Source of the DNA: a virus
Taxonomy: Duplodnaviria; Caudoviricetes
IMG/VR virus record: IMGVR_UViG_3300030097_000522
Location: 1 to 36,600 of that record
DNA length: 36,600 nt
Reading direction: 5' to 3' (one strand)
Below, piece after piece: positions 1 to 8,079 of this stretch (position 1 is its first letter; each line of letters starts with the position of its first letter). Position numbers and translations under genes: made by a program. The notes beneath the pieces were generated by a model that had not been told where the DNA came from, made no database searches, and worked only from the letters and a program-made list of their open reading frames with translations.

Positions 1-99
1 GACAGCGTGGAAGGGCGGCGCAAGTCGATCATCGGCATGGCGCATGCACGCATGGAGAGCCTGCTTTACGATTTCCGCAAGGGCGCGGTGCGCGGCGAT
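1..99 (+). repeat. 99-bp terminal overlap, identical to 36502-36600 (circular assembly overlap)
   Basis: GACAGCGTGG...CGCGGCGAT occurs at both ends, inside a CDS. Confidence 0.95.
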
Positions 100-2142
100 C
101 CGGGCCGGTGGAACAAGGCCCGGCTCGAGAACGTGGTGCGCGAAGCCTTTGGCCAGGACACAGGAGACGTGGCGGCGAAGGGACTGGCAAAGACCTGGGA
201 CACGACATCGGACTGGCTGCGACGGCGTTTCAATGCCGCGGGCGGCGCGATCGGCAAGCTGGAGAACTGGGGCTTGCCGCAGCACCATGATGCGCGCGCC
301 ATGCTGAAACGCGGGCGCGAGCAGTGGAAAGCCGATATCGCGCCGCGGCTCGCAACCGACCGCATGCGCCATCCGCTTTCAGGCCAGCCGGTGGATGCGG
401 CCGATCTCGACAGCATCCTCGACGACATCTACGACAGCATAACGACCGATGGCTGGTCAAAGCGCGAGCCGTCGCGGATGGCAACCGGCAAGGGCGCGCT
501 TGCCAACCAGCGCGGCGACCATCGCTTTCTCGTGTTCAAGGATCCCGACAACTGGTTTGAATACCAGCGCGATTATGGCGGCGGCGGCGATGCATTCGCG
601 GCAATGATGGGGCACATCAACATGATGAGCCGCGACATCGCGGCCATGGAAATTCTCGGGCCGAACCCTTCGGCAACCGTGGAATGGCTCAAACAGGCCG
701 TGGCCAAGAATGCCGCCGGCAAGGGGCAGAAGGCCGCCGACGCGGCAGCCAGCACCGATCGCCGGCTTGACACGATATGGGGCTCGATCCGCGGCACGCT
801 GGAAACGCCGGTCAACAGCCGCTGGGGCGGCTATGCGGCGGCGGCCCGCAACCTGATCACGGCGAGCGTGCTGGGCGGCGCCACGCTGTCGTCAGTCTCC
901 GATATCGGCACATCGATCCTTGCCCGCAGGTTCACCGGGCTGACCGCGCGCGGCGTGCTGCCGGAGCTGGTCAAGGCGATGACGCCGGCAACCCGGCGCG
1001 AGGCGGTGGCGGCCGGGCTGATCCTCGACAACGCCATGCACGTGTTTCATGCGCAGGCGCGCTATGTGGGAACGCTCGACGGGCCGGGATGGAGTTCCTA
1101 CATTGCCGACCGGGTGCTGACATATTCCGGACTGACACCGTGGACACAGGCCGGCCGCCATGCCTTTGGCCTGGCTTTCATGCGCACCGCGGCCGAGCAG
1201 GCGAAGACCGCATTCGACGATCTGCCGGCGCCGCTGCGCCGGACGTTCGAGCGGCACGGGATCCGCGCGGGCGATTGGGACAAAATGCGCCGCATGCCGT
1301 TGCACGACATCGGCAAGAGCACAAAGATCATGCGGCCCAACGAGATCGCCGAGCGGATCGACGAGCGGCTGGGCGAGCGCTATCTGGCCATGATCCTCGA
1401 CGAGACGGAATATGCCATTCCATCCGGCTCGCACCGGTCGCGCACGGCGATCCTCGACCAGAACCGGCCCGGCACGCTGATGGGCGAGATCGTTCGATCC
1501 ATGGCGCAGTTCAAGAGCTTTGCGGCCGTGATGGTGTTTTTGCACGGGCGGCGCATTCACCAGGAGATCGCCGGCGGCAGCAAGATGCGCGGTGCTGCCT
1601 ATGCCGGCAGCCTGCTGATCTCGACAACTATTTTTGGGGCGCTGGCGCTGCAGCTCAAGCAGATCTCCGCGGGCCGTGACCCGCGCGACATGAGCGACTG
1701 GAAAGAGTTCATCCCCGCATCGGTGCTGCAGGGCGGCGGGCTTGGCATTTTCGGCGACTTCATGTTCGCCAATGTCAACCGCTACGGCAGCGGGCTGGGC
1801 TCGACGCTGGCCGGACCGATGATCGAGCGGGTGGACAATCTGCGCAACCTCACGATCGGCAACCTGGCAGAGCTGGCCGCCGGGCAGGAAACCAAGTTCG
1901 GCAAGGAACTGCTGCGCTTTGCCAAGGGCAACACTCCGGGCTCGAACATCTGGTATATCCGGCTCGCCTGGGAGCGCATGCTGCTCGACCAGCTGCAATA
2001 CCTGGCCGATCCGGAAGCCAACAAGGCATTCAAGCGCCAGCAGCAATTCTGGAAAAAGGAATTCGGGCAGGATTATTTCTGGCGACCGGGACAGATGACG
2101 CCAGATCGGGCGCCGGATCTCGGAGCCGTTGCCCCCGGTTGA
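1..2142 (+). CDS. Large internal virion (ejection) protein, C-terminal part; full gene is 36178->2142 across the junction, about 821 aa
   Basis: In frame with ATG 36178; last gene of the ejection-protein cluster before the tail fibre; hydrophobic Gly-rich helices typical of T7 gp16-like C-termini. Confidence 0.75.
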   Translation, partial: DSVEGRRKSIIGMAHARMESLLYDFRKGAVRGDPGRWNKARLENVVREAFGQDTGDVAAKGLAKTWDTTSDWLRRRFNAAGGAIGKLENWGLPQHHDARAMLKRGREQWKADIAPRLATDRMRHPLSGQPVDAADLDSILDDIYDSITTDGWSKREPSRMATGKGALANQRGDHRFLVFKDPDNWFEYQRDYGGGGDAFAAMMGHINMMSRDIAAMEILGPNPSATVEWLKQAVAKNAAGKGQKAADAAASTDRRLDTIWGSIRGTLETPVNSRWGGYAAAARNLITASVLGGATLSSVSDIGTSILARRFTGLTARGVLPELVKAMTPATRREAVAAGLILDNAMHVFHAQARYVGTLDGPGWSSYIADRVLTYSGLTPWTQAGRHAFGLAFMRTAAEQAKTAFDDLPAPLRRTFERHGIRAGDWDKMRRMPLHDIGKSTKIMRPNEIAERIDERLGERYLAMILDETEYAIPSGSHRSRTAILDQNRPGTLMGEIVRSMAQFKSFAAVMVFLHGRRIHQEIAGGSKMRGAAYAGSLLISTTIFGALALQLKQISAGRDPRDMSDWKEFIPASVLQGGGLGIFGDFMFANVNRYGSGLGSTLAGPMIERVDNLRNLTIGNLAELAAGQETKFGKELLRFAKGNTPGSNIWYIRLAWERMLLDQLQYLADPEANKAFKRQQQFWKKEFGQDYFWRPGQMTPDRAPDLGAVAPG

Positions 2143-2168
2143 CGCCACGCGCGCGCGGTCATGATCGG
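2137..2168 (+). promoter_or_regulatory. Putative late promoter, TTGACG-N15-CATGAT
   Basis: One of five copies with the same geometry; directly upstream of the tail fibre gene. Confidence 0.6.
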
Positions 2169-2197
2169 CCAGATGGTAAAACCGTGAGGCCGTGCGC

Positions 2198-3811
2198 ATG
2201 TCCGTTGTCTTTCCGATCAATCCCGACGATCGTTTCGAGGAATACACCGCAACCGCAGCCCAGACGGTGTTTTCGGTTCCGTTCCCGTTCCAGGACGATG
2301 GCGACATCATCGTGATCAAGATCGCGGCAGCCGATGGCGCGATCAGCACCTTGACGCTGACCACGCATTACACGCTGTCAGGCGCGGGCACGCCCGGCCC
2401 CGGCAGCATGACGCTGGTGACGGGTGCGGCAGCAGGCGACAAGTTCCGCATCATCGGCAGCGCAGTGCTGGAGCGGCTGACATCGATCGTGCGCGACGGC
2501 CGCTATTCGAGCCGGGCGCAGGATGACGAGCACGACCGGCACCGGCTGGTGCAGCAGGAGCTGGCGCGGGACGCGGGCCGCGCGCTGAAAAGCGATTACG
2601 GCCAGACCGGGCTGACGATAGACATCACGGACGTGACCGAGGGCAAGACGCTGATGCGCGGCGCCGGCAACGACATCGTGCCCGGCCCGGATGCGGCGGA
2701 CATCGCCCTTGCACAGGGCTATGCCGAGGACGCGGACGCGGCCAAGGACGACGCCGAGGCGGCACTTGCCGCTTTCCGCAGGCGCTGGGTTGGCGACTTC
2801 GCCGACGACGCGGCGGCCGACGCCTTCCTGACCGGGGCGGGCCTGACCAAGGCAGCCGGCACCACCTATTTCAACACGACGAGCGACAGCTGGCGCTATT
2901 GGGATGGCGACAGCTGGGAGGATGCACCGTTTGTGACGGTGCCGGATGGCTCCATCACGGCAGCAAAGCTGGCACCTGATGTTTCCCTCGACAATGACAA
3001 GCTCGTCGAAGTTTCGTTTACCGACGATCACACCGTTCTGCTGACCGATGCGGGCAAGGTGCTTGCCTTCGAAAAGGCGACAGCCGTCGAGGCGACACTG
3101 CCCGCGCTTTCATCGACTGACGGGCAGCGCTTCATTTTTCTCAATCTCGGCGTTGGCACACTGACAGTGACGCCGGACGGCTCCGACACCATCCCCGGCT
3201 ATTCGCCGCTTGAGCTACCCACCGGAGGGCTCGCAGAGCTGTGGATCAGCGCGGATGAGGGCACATGGCGCGCGCGCGTTATCCTGCCTTCCAGAGGCGA
3301 CGAGTGGGTGCATTTCCCGCGAGACATCTTGAGCGGCGGCGCAAGCTGGACAAAGGTCAACCTCGACGGCTTCCGCGACGTGAGCATCAGAGGCCGCGCG
3401 TTGTCGAGTGCGGAGCCTGCGGCTTTCGTTCTTGAATTCTCACGCGACAATGGAGCATCCTGGGATACCGGATCGAACTACACGTGGCATCGTGTCTATG
3501 GCATTGACACAGTGGCCGATGCGGCAAGCGACGGCGACACGTCTGACCCATCGATCAACATCGGACTTTCGGGCGGCATCGGCGCAGGCGGCGGTGAGGG
3601 CGTGCGGTTCGAGATCGAAATTTTCGATCTCTCTGAAACTCTCGCAGTTGTGCAGTTTCAGGCGACAACATTCAGCACCAGCGGACTTTACATCGTCGGT
3701 ATGGGCGGTGGCGCTCATGGCGGTGTTGGCGGCGCGCGCAATGGAGTGCGTCTGCGGTTTACATCCGGCAACATGGCAGAGGGCTATGTAGTGGCAAAGG
3801 CGCTTGCCTGA
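2198..3811 (+). CDS. Tail fibre / receptor-binding protein
   Basis: T7-type N-terminal anchor (QTVFSVPFPF...YTLSG), DGSITAAKLA motif, fibre beta modules; follows the ejection genes. Confidence 0.8.
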   Translation: MSVVFPINPDDRFEEYTATAAQTVFSVPFPFQDDGDIIVIKIAAADGAISTLTLTTHYTLSGAGTPGPGSMTLVTGAAAGDKFRIIGSAVLERLTSIVRDGRYSSRAQDDEHDRHRLVQQELARDAGRALKSDYGQTGLTIDITDVTEGKTLMRGAGNDIVPGPDAADIALAQGYAEDADAAKDDAEAALAAFRRRWVGDFADDAAADAFLTGAGLTKAAGTTYFNTTSDSWRYWDGDSWEDAPFVTVPDGSITAAKLAPDVSLDNDKLVEVSFTDDHTVLLTDAGKVLAFEKATAVEATLPALSSTDGQRFIFLNLGVGTLTVTPDGSDTIPGYSPLELPTGGLAELWISADEGTWRARVILPSRGDEWVHFPRDILSGGASWTKVNLDGFRDVSIRGRALSSAEPAAFVLEFSRDNGASWDTGSNYTWHRVYGIDTVADAASDGDTSDPSINIGLSGGIGAGGGEGVRFEIEIFDLSETLAVVQFQATTFSTSGLYIVGMGGGAHGGVGGARNGVRLRFTSGNMAEGYVVAKALA

Positions 3812-4830
3812 TGGTTGCGCGAGAGATCATTCGCAGCAACCTGTTCGGTTCGTCATCCGTCACCCGCGTAACGGGGGAGCCGGTGGCGCTGTTTGGCACG
3901 ACAGTCCGCGCGCTGCGCTACACCCCGGAGCGCATCCTTTCGGTGTACAGCTATGATGAAACGACTGGCGCAAAGGTCTATTTCGGATCAGACGACTTTA
4001 CCGCCGGCGCATCCGGCATTGCCCGCACTGTGGCGTCATCGATCTACGATTTCGACAATTACGCTATCACCATGACCGGCGGCACATACGAGCTGGTAAC
4101 ATCAGACCCGAGAAACCCGCCAATCGTGATGTATCGCCTTGTCTATGTGGATTATGACACGGCTTTTCAGGAGCCGACATTGATCCCGGCGCTGGCGCCG
4201 TCTCCACTGTCCGGCCATATCGTGACCGCTGGAGACAGCATTACCGGCGGAGCTCATACCGTTTCGCGCGAGAACTTCGACAGCGATGCAGACGGCTATG
4301 TCGGGATCATTCGCAACCACTTCCGCAATGTCTTCGATGTGACCAATTTCAGCTTTAACGGATCATCCATTGGTCAGCTTACAACCGGCCTTCCAGCCAT
4401 ATTGGCCGGCGGCCCGAGCGCTTTGACCGTGGCATTCGGGCAGAATGACCACGTGGCCGGTCTGGGCGCGCCGCTGGTTTCATTCGAGGATGCACTGACC
4501 GACATTGTTGACGATGCGCAAGCCGCCGGCGTCTATGTCGTGCTTCTGGGCTTCATGCCGAAAAACCCGCTTTGGGAAAACTACAATGCAACGTCAGCAG
4601 CCGCCTACAATCAAGCCATCGCGGACGTGGCCACGGCCACCGGCGCAGCTTTCGTTGATATCGAAGCAGCCTGGGCAGCAGTTCGCGCCGACAAGACCCA
4701 CATGGAATTGACTGGCGACAACCACCACCATCCGAACAACTACGGCTCCAGGCTCTATGCATCCGCATTGCTGCCCTTCCTCAACAGCCAGACTATCTAC
4801 ACCAATGAGTTGCCCTGGTTCGTGGGTTGA
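3811..4830 (+). CDS. SGNH/GDSL hydrolase, probable tail-associated esterase/deacetylase
   Basis: Blocks AGDSIT, NGSS, FGQND and GDNHHHPN; TGATG coupling to the tail fibre gene. Confidence 0.8.
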   Translation: MVAREIIRSNLFGSSSVTRVTGEPVALFGTTVRALRYTPERILSVYSYDETTGAKVYFGSDDFTAGASGIARTVASSIYDFDNYAITMTGGTYELVTSDPRNPPIVMYRLVYVDYDTAFQEPTLIPALAPSPLSGHIVTAGDSITGGAHTVSRENFDSDADGYVGIIRNHFRNVFDVTNFSFNGSSIGQLTTGLPAILAGGPSALTVAFGQNDHVAGLGAPLVSFEDALTDIVDDAQAAGVYVVLLGFMPKNPLWENYNATSAAAYNQAIADVATATGAAFVDIEAAWAAVRADKTHMELTGDNHHHPNNYGSRLYASALLPFLNSQTIYTNELPWFVG

Positions 4831-4856
4831 CGCCACGTTTCTCGCGGCATGATCGG
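4825..4856 (+). promoter_or_regulatory. Putative late promoter, TTGACG-N15-CATGAT, upstream of the lysis genes
   Basis: Shares GGTTGACGCCACG-N10-CATGATCGG with 2137-2168. Confidence 0.6.
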
Positions 4857-4908
4857 ATCTCGTCAGGCTTGGCCTGGCTCTTGGCACTGACAAGAGAGAG
4901 ACGTGAAC

Positions 4909-5913
4909 ATGTCAGATCCCCGCTATGTCTATCGCCCGTTGCTCGACCTGATCGGCTACACCGAGGGCACCGACGAACGCCGCGGCTACAACGAAACGCT
5001 GGCCTATGGCGCACTGACCGGCGGGCCAGTCGATCTCGTCGGCATGACGCTCGACCAGGTGGACGCGCTGCAGGGCCGCATGCTTGCGCATCCGGACAAC
5101 AGATGGAACTCGTCGGCCGCCGGGCGTTACCAGATCGTGCGCACCACGTTGCGCGAGATCCGCGACACGCTGGGCCTGACCGGCAAGGAAAAATACAACG
5201 AGGCCATGCAGGACCGCATGGGCTGTTTCCTGCTTGGCAAGCGCGGCATTGACTTGTGGCTGGCCGGCTCGATGACCGACAGCGCAATGATCAACGAGCT
5301 GGCGAAGGAATGGGCCTCGCTGCCGACAGAACGCGATGTCGGCTATTACAACGGGCAGAAGGCCCGCGTGAAAAGCGCGCGCGTGCTTGAGACGCTGGCA
5401 GAGGTGCGCGCGCGGCACGCGGCGAGGGATCACCAGCCGGACACCGGGGAAACGCTTCCTGGCGGCGCTCTGGCGGAAATGACCACCATTGAAGCCGTGA
5501 CCAGGCTTGCCGCCATGACGGCCGAGCAGCTGCAGGCGGCCGCCATGACGATCGCCATGGCGCAGGCCGTGCAACGCGGCTGGAAGATCGAGGATCCCGC
5601 CGGCGGGCTCTCAGGCCCCCATGTCCGCACGCCGGGCATCACCTTCACCCCACCCCCAACGGAGATAACGGACATGAACACCAAGGCGTTTTTCAAGAGC
5701 AAGACCCTGATCGGCATCGCGCTTGCAGCCATCCCGGCGCTGTTCCCGCAGGCGGCGCCCATCGTGCTGCCGCTGCAGGAGCTTTCGGGCGTCGACCCGC
5801 AGGCGACAACGGCCATTACCGAAGTGGTCAACACCGGTTTGCAGCTCGTCGGCCTGCTGATGGCTGCCTATGGCCGGCTGACCGCCGAAACAAAAATCGG
5901 CGTCAAGGGCTGA
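4909..5913 (+). CDS. Endolysin (lambda R/GH104-like lytic transglycosylase) fused in frame to a C-terminal holin-like membrane domain
   Basis: LDLIGYTEGT, SSAAGRYQI, QD and EWASLP motifs; C-terminal hydrophobic domain ending YGRLTAETKIG. Confidence 0.85.
   Translation: MSDPRYVYRPLLDLIGYTEGTDERRGYNETLAYGALTGGPVDLVGMTLDQVDALQGRMLAHPDNRWNSSAAGRYQIVRTTLREIRDTLGLTGKEKYNEAMQDRMGCFLLGKRGIDLWLAGSMTDSAMINELAKEWASLPTERDVGYYNGQKARVKSARVLETLAEVRARHAARDHQPDTGETLPGGALAEMTTIEAVTRLAAMTAEQLQAAAMTIAMAQAVQRGWKIEDPAGGLSGPHVRTPGITFTPPPTEITDMNTKAFFKSKTLIGIALAAIPALFPQAAPIVLPLQELSGVDPQATTAITEVVNTGLQLVGLLMAAYGRLTAETKIGVKG
5674..5913 (+). CDS. Holin-like small membrane protein from an internal in-frame start
   Basis: GGAGA RBS at 5661-5665 and ATG at 5674; K-x-F-F-x-SKT...YGR-x-TA-x-x-x-I pattern of small alphaproteobacterial phage membrane proteins. 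Confidence 0.6.
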   Translation: MNTKAFFKSKTLIGIALAAIPALFPQAAPIVLPLQELSGVDPQATTAITEVVNTGLQLVGLLMAAYGRLTAETKIGVKG

Positions 5914-5917
5914 TCCG

Positions 5918-6220
5918 ATGGGGCTGCCAAGAGGCCAATGGTTCGACTGGCGCATGTCGATCGGCAACCTGATTTCGATCGTTGTGCTGATCTTCGGCAT
6001 GGCCGCATCCTATTTCGCGCTGATGCAGGAACAGGCGCTGCAGGCGCAATCGCTCGACGGCGTGCGGCTACATGTCACCGCGCTGCAGACGCGAATGGAA
6101 AAGCTCGAAGCCGAACGAAACGACATGCGCGACAGGCTGATCAGGCTGGAAATCGGGCAGAGCCAGCAGAACGATATTCTGCGCCAGGTGCTGGACGCAG
6201 TGAAGGCCGATCGGCGATGA
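5918..6220 (+). CDS. Lysis-cassette membrane protein (N-terminal TM plus coiled coil; holin/spanin-like)
   Basis: Single TM (NLISIVVLIFGMAASYF) followed by heptads; last gene of the lysis cassette. Confidence 0.6.
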   Translation: MGLPRGQWFDWRMSIGNLISIVVLIFGMAASYFALMQEQALQAQSLDGVRLHVTALQTRMEKLEAERNDMRDRLIRLEIGQSQQNDILRQVLDAVKADRR

Positions 6221-6226
6221 CGAAAT

Positions 6227-6262
6227 ATGGGAAGACCCGCTGATTTTTGCGGGTTTTCCCAT
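6227..6262 (+). terminator. Hairpin after the lysis cassette, also part of the attP left arm
   Basis: ATGGGAAGACCCGC / GCGGGTTTTCCCAT 14-bp stem with one G-U pair. Confidence 0.5.
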
Positions 6263-6304
6263 GATGTATTTTGCAAGTTGTTGATATTGTTGAGGTTCGC
6301 GGCA

Positions 6305-6350
6305 ACTCTTAATCAGCGGGTCCACGGTTCGAGCCCGTGCGCGCCCACCA
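6305..6350 (+). other. attP core: 3' half of tRNA-Lys(CTT)
   Basis: Anticodon loop CTCTTAA, TCAGC, T-arm CACGG-TTCGAGC-CCGTG and acceptor strand ending CCA; 5' half absent; IHF-like boxes at 6274-6286 (minus strand TATCAACAACTTG) and 6355-6367. Confidence 0.9.
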
Positions 6351-6382
6351 TTCATTTCAACGGCTTAGCCGTTTTGTCATGA

Positions 6383-6397
6383 GAACATGAGGCGAAC
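6383..6397 (+). promoter_or_regulatory. Alphaproteobacterial LexA (SOS) box
   Basis: GAAC-ATGAGGC-GAAC matches GAAC-N7-GAAC. Confidence 0.55.
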
Positions 6398-6437
6398 GTG
6401 AGACGGTTTTATACCGTCTCACGTCTCATGTGAGACG
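6397..6437. repeat. Putative integrase arm-type sites, four TGAGACG copies arranged as two inverted pairs
   Basis: Copies at 6399(+), 6415(-), 6422(-) and 6431(+); 11-bp IR CGTGAGACGGT/ACCGTCTCACG. Confidence 0.7.
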
Positions 6438-6456
6438 GCGGCGCAAATTGAGCCTC

Positions 6457-6624
6457 CTATGTAGACTTACTGGTCGGTGAAACGTCGATTGTCTCCTCAT
6501 CCAGATCGGCTTCATTGTCCGGGCTGGCATCAGTTGTTTTTGCAATCGCGTCTTTCGGGTCGGAAGCGAGAACGATATAGACCCGTTCGACTGTCACGCG
6601 GGTAGTGACCCTGTATTCCTGCAT
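6457..6624 (-). CDS. Small acidic hypothetical protein, 55 aa (below the ORF track cut-off)
   Basis: MQEYRVTTRVTVERVYIVLASDPKDAIAK...; GGAGAG RBS. Confidence 0.6.
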   Translation of the reverse strand: MQEYRVTTRVTVERVYIVLASDPKDAIAKTTDASPDNEADLDEETIDVSPTSKST

Positions 6625-6633
6625 GTTGCTCTC

Positions 6634-6819
6634 CTATCTGGATTTCATCGACCGGCGCATCCGACGTTCGGTTTCAATGTCACGCTCAAGGCGATCAATC
6701 CGCCTCTTTTGCTCGTTGAGCACGTCGACCAGTTCGTCGGTGACGCCTTCCAAAATCTCCATGAGATCAGACGCCTTGATATAGCCATCGCGTTTGATTT
6801 CGACGCCGAATAAAGCCAT
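6634..6819 (-). CDS. Small coiled-coil hypothetical protein
   Basis: AGGAG RBS; in an operon with its neighbours. Confidence 0.6.
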   Translation of the reverse strand: MALFGVEIKRDGYIKASDLMEILEGVTDELVDVLNEQKRRIDRLERDIETERRMRRSMKSR

Positions 6820-6834
6820 GCCTTTGCTCCTTTT

Positions 6835-7542
6835 TCAGACCTTCGGCTTCAAGCGCCGGGTATTGTAGATTGGTTTCTCGTGCCAGATCGCGCGGCGTTC
6901 CTCATCGAGGGCGGCGCGCATGGTCTTGAACGGAACAACCTCTTCCTGCGCGATCTCTTTTCCGAACGCTGATGTGGAGCGGTGCTGGTATCTCCGGCTG
7001 CGATATTTCTGGGTGCAGCCGATCCAAAGAAGCCGACCGTCCGCATCGAACAAGCGATAGACGCACGGCCCGTCCGGCCATTTTCGCCGAGGCTTTTTCG
7101 GTAGGGGTGCTTCCAGAACATCATCCGGCTCGACATGCCCGCGCGAAACTCTCACATGATGGCGGTTCTGCATTTGCCCGACAAGCAAGGATTGCCGCGA
7201 TATCTCGCTGTCGCCGGAGACCTCTTTGCCGTCCACAAGTAGCTTGACGCCCTTGCTGATGACCGAAGCCATGAACCATCTGGCGTCGGTCGCTGACAGG
7301 CCAAGGCAGAACGTGCTGTGGACGTGTATGGTATCGCCGGGCTGCGCTGCCCCTATCACGTCGTTCCGCGCTTCAAGCTGGTGCTGTGGCCGAGTTGATC
7401 CACGCTTTACATAGTCGCGCCACACAGGCCCGAACTGGCCGGTGTTGATCCCTGCGCTGGCCATGAATGCAAGTTGCTTGCGCTCAGACGGTCGCCCCGG
7501 TGCAGCGAGAATGTAGCCCCAGTTTACAGACTGGACGCCCAT
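6835..7542 (-). CDS. Inactive serine-resolvase-like domain fused to a GIY-YIG nuclease domain
   Basis: N-terminal WGY...Q...AG...PGDTIHV...LG.S...KGV resolvase pattern; C-terminal VYRLFDADGRLLWIGCT...RRYQH...EERRAI...PIYN. Confidence 0.7.
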   Translation of the reverse strand: MGVQSVNWGYILAAPGRPSERKQLAFMASAGINTGQFGPVWRDYVKRGSTRPQHQLEARNDVIGAAQPGDTIHVHSTFCLGLSATDARWFMASVISKGVKLLVDGKEVSGDSEISRQSLLVGQMQNRHHVRVSRGHVEPDDVLEAPLPKKPRRKWPDGPCVYRLFDADGRLLWIGCTQKYRSRRYQHRSTSAFGKEIAQEEVVPFKTMRAALDEERRAIWHEKPIYNTRRLKPKV

Positions 7543-7733
7543 TAACTTTCATCCGTCGCATCGGTTTTGGCTTCCTTACCGGGGCTTCCATGCCGCGAAA
7601 GGAAGTCTTTGAGGGCCGCGACAATGACTGCCGAACGTGTCGGCGGGACCGGCTGCGTCGATATCCATTCATCGAGCGAAGCCAGTAGATCGGGCGGGAT
7701 GGTGGTGTTCACCGGTTTGTTCGTGCGGGCCAT
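7542..7733 (-). CDS. Ribbon-helix-helix (CopG/Arc-like) regulator
   Basis: PVNTTIPPDLLASLDEW...TRSAVIVAALKDFL; TAATG coupling to the next gene; start re-assigned to MART. Confidence 0.8.
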   Translation of the reverse strand: MARTNKPVNTTIPPDLLASLDEWISTQPVPPTRSAVIVAALKDFLSRHGSPGKEAKTDATDES

Positions 7734-7760
7734 ATCCATGCAATAGCCATAGCCCTGTTC

Positions 7761-7822
7761 TTGCGCAAGGTCAACATGTGTGCGCACAGTAGTTGACGTG
7801 TGCGCATGTGTGCGTTACAGAT
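7761..7822. promoter_or_regulatory. Divergent promoters with repeated operator half-sites
   Basis: TTGACC (minus strand, 7769-7774) and TTGACG (plus strand, 7793-7798); GTGTGCG at 7778, 7798 and 7808, in 10-bp phase. Confidence 0.6.
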
Positions 7823-7852
7823 AGCCCAATCTGAAAACCCCCGGAGGCTGAA

Positions 7853-8062
7853 ATGCGCATTTCCTCAACTCAACGAGAGTTTCTTTCGGTGCTTGATGAC
7901 GCGGGACCGGCCGGACTGCTTCTCTATCAAATCAGCGCCCGCATACAGCGCGGCATTCGTCAGCCGACGATAGACAAACTATTGCGAGATGGTTTGATGG
8001 AGTACGGCGACGGGCGATCTTACCGAGTAACCGACGCGGGCCGTGCGGCCCTATCCAATTAG
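7853..8062 (+). CDS. Small winged-helix protein
   Basis: TIDKLLRDGLME...YRVTDAGRAAL; GGAGG RBS. Confidence 0.65.
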   Translation: MRISSTQREFLSVLDDAGPAGLLLYQISARIQRGIRQPTIDKLLRDGLMEYGDGRSYRVTDAGRAALSN

Positions 8063-8079
8063 CCCCGAAAGGAAAACCG

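Noticed and set aside
2198-4830. BPP-1-like diversity-generating retroelement
   Set aside because: No reverse transcriptase and no TR/VR pair seen
5388-5394. Extra TGAGACG arm-like motif
   Set aside because: Isolated 7-mer in coding DNA about 900 bp from the core; expected by chance
6275-6350. Intact tRNA-Lys gene
   Set aside because: No 5' acceptor strand or D-arm, and the 5' anticodon stem is GGCAA rather than GCTGA; it is only the att fragment
7707-7722. Second LexA box near the RHH gene
   Set aside because: GTTC repeats are 8 nt apart rather than 7, and lie in coding sequence
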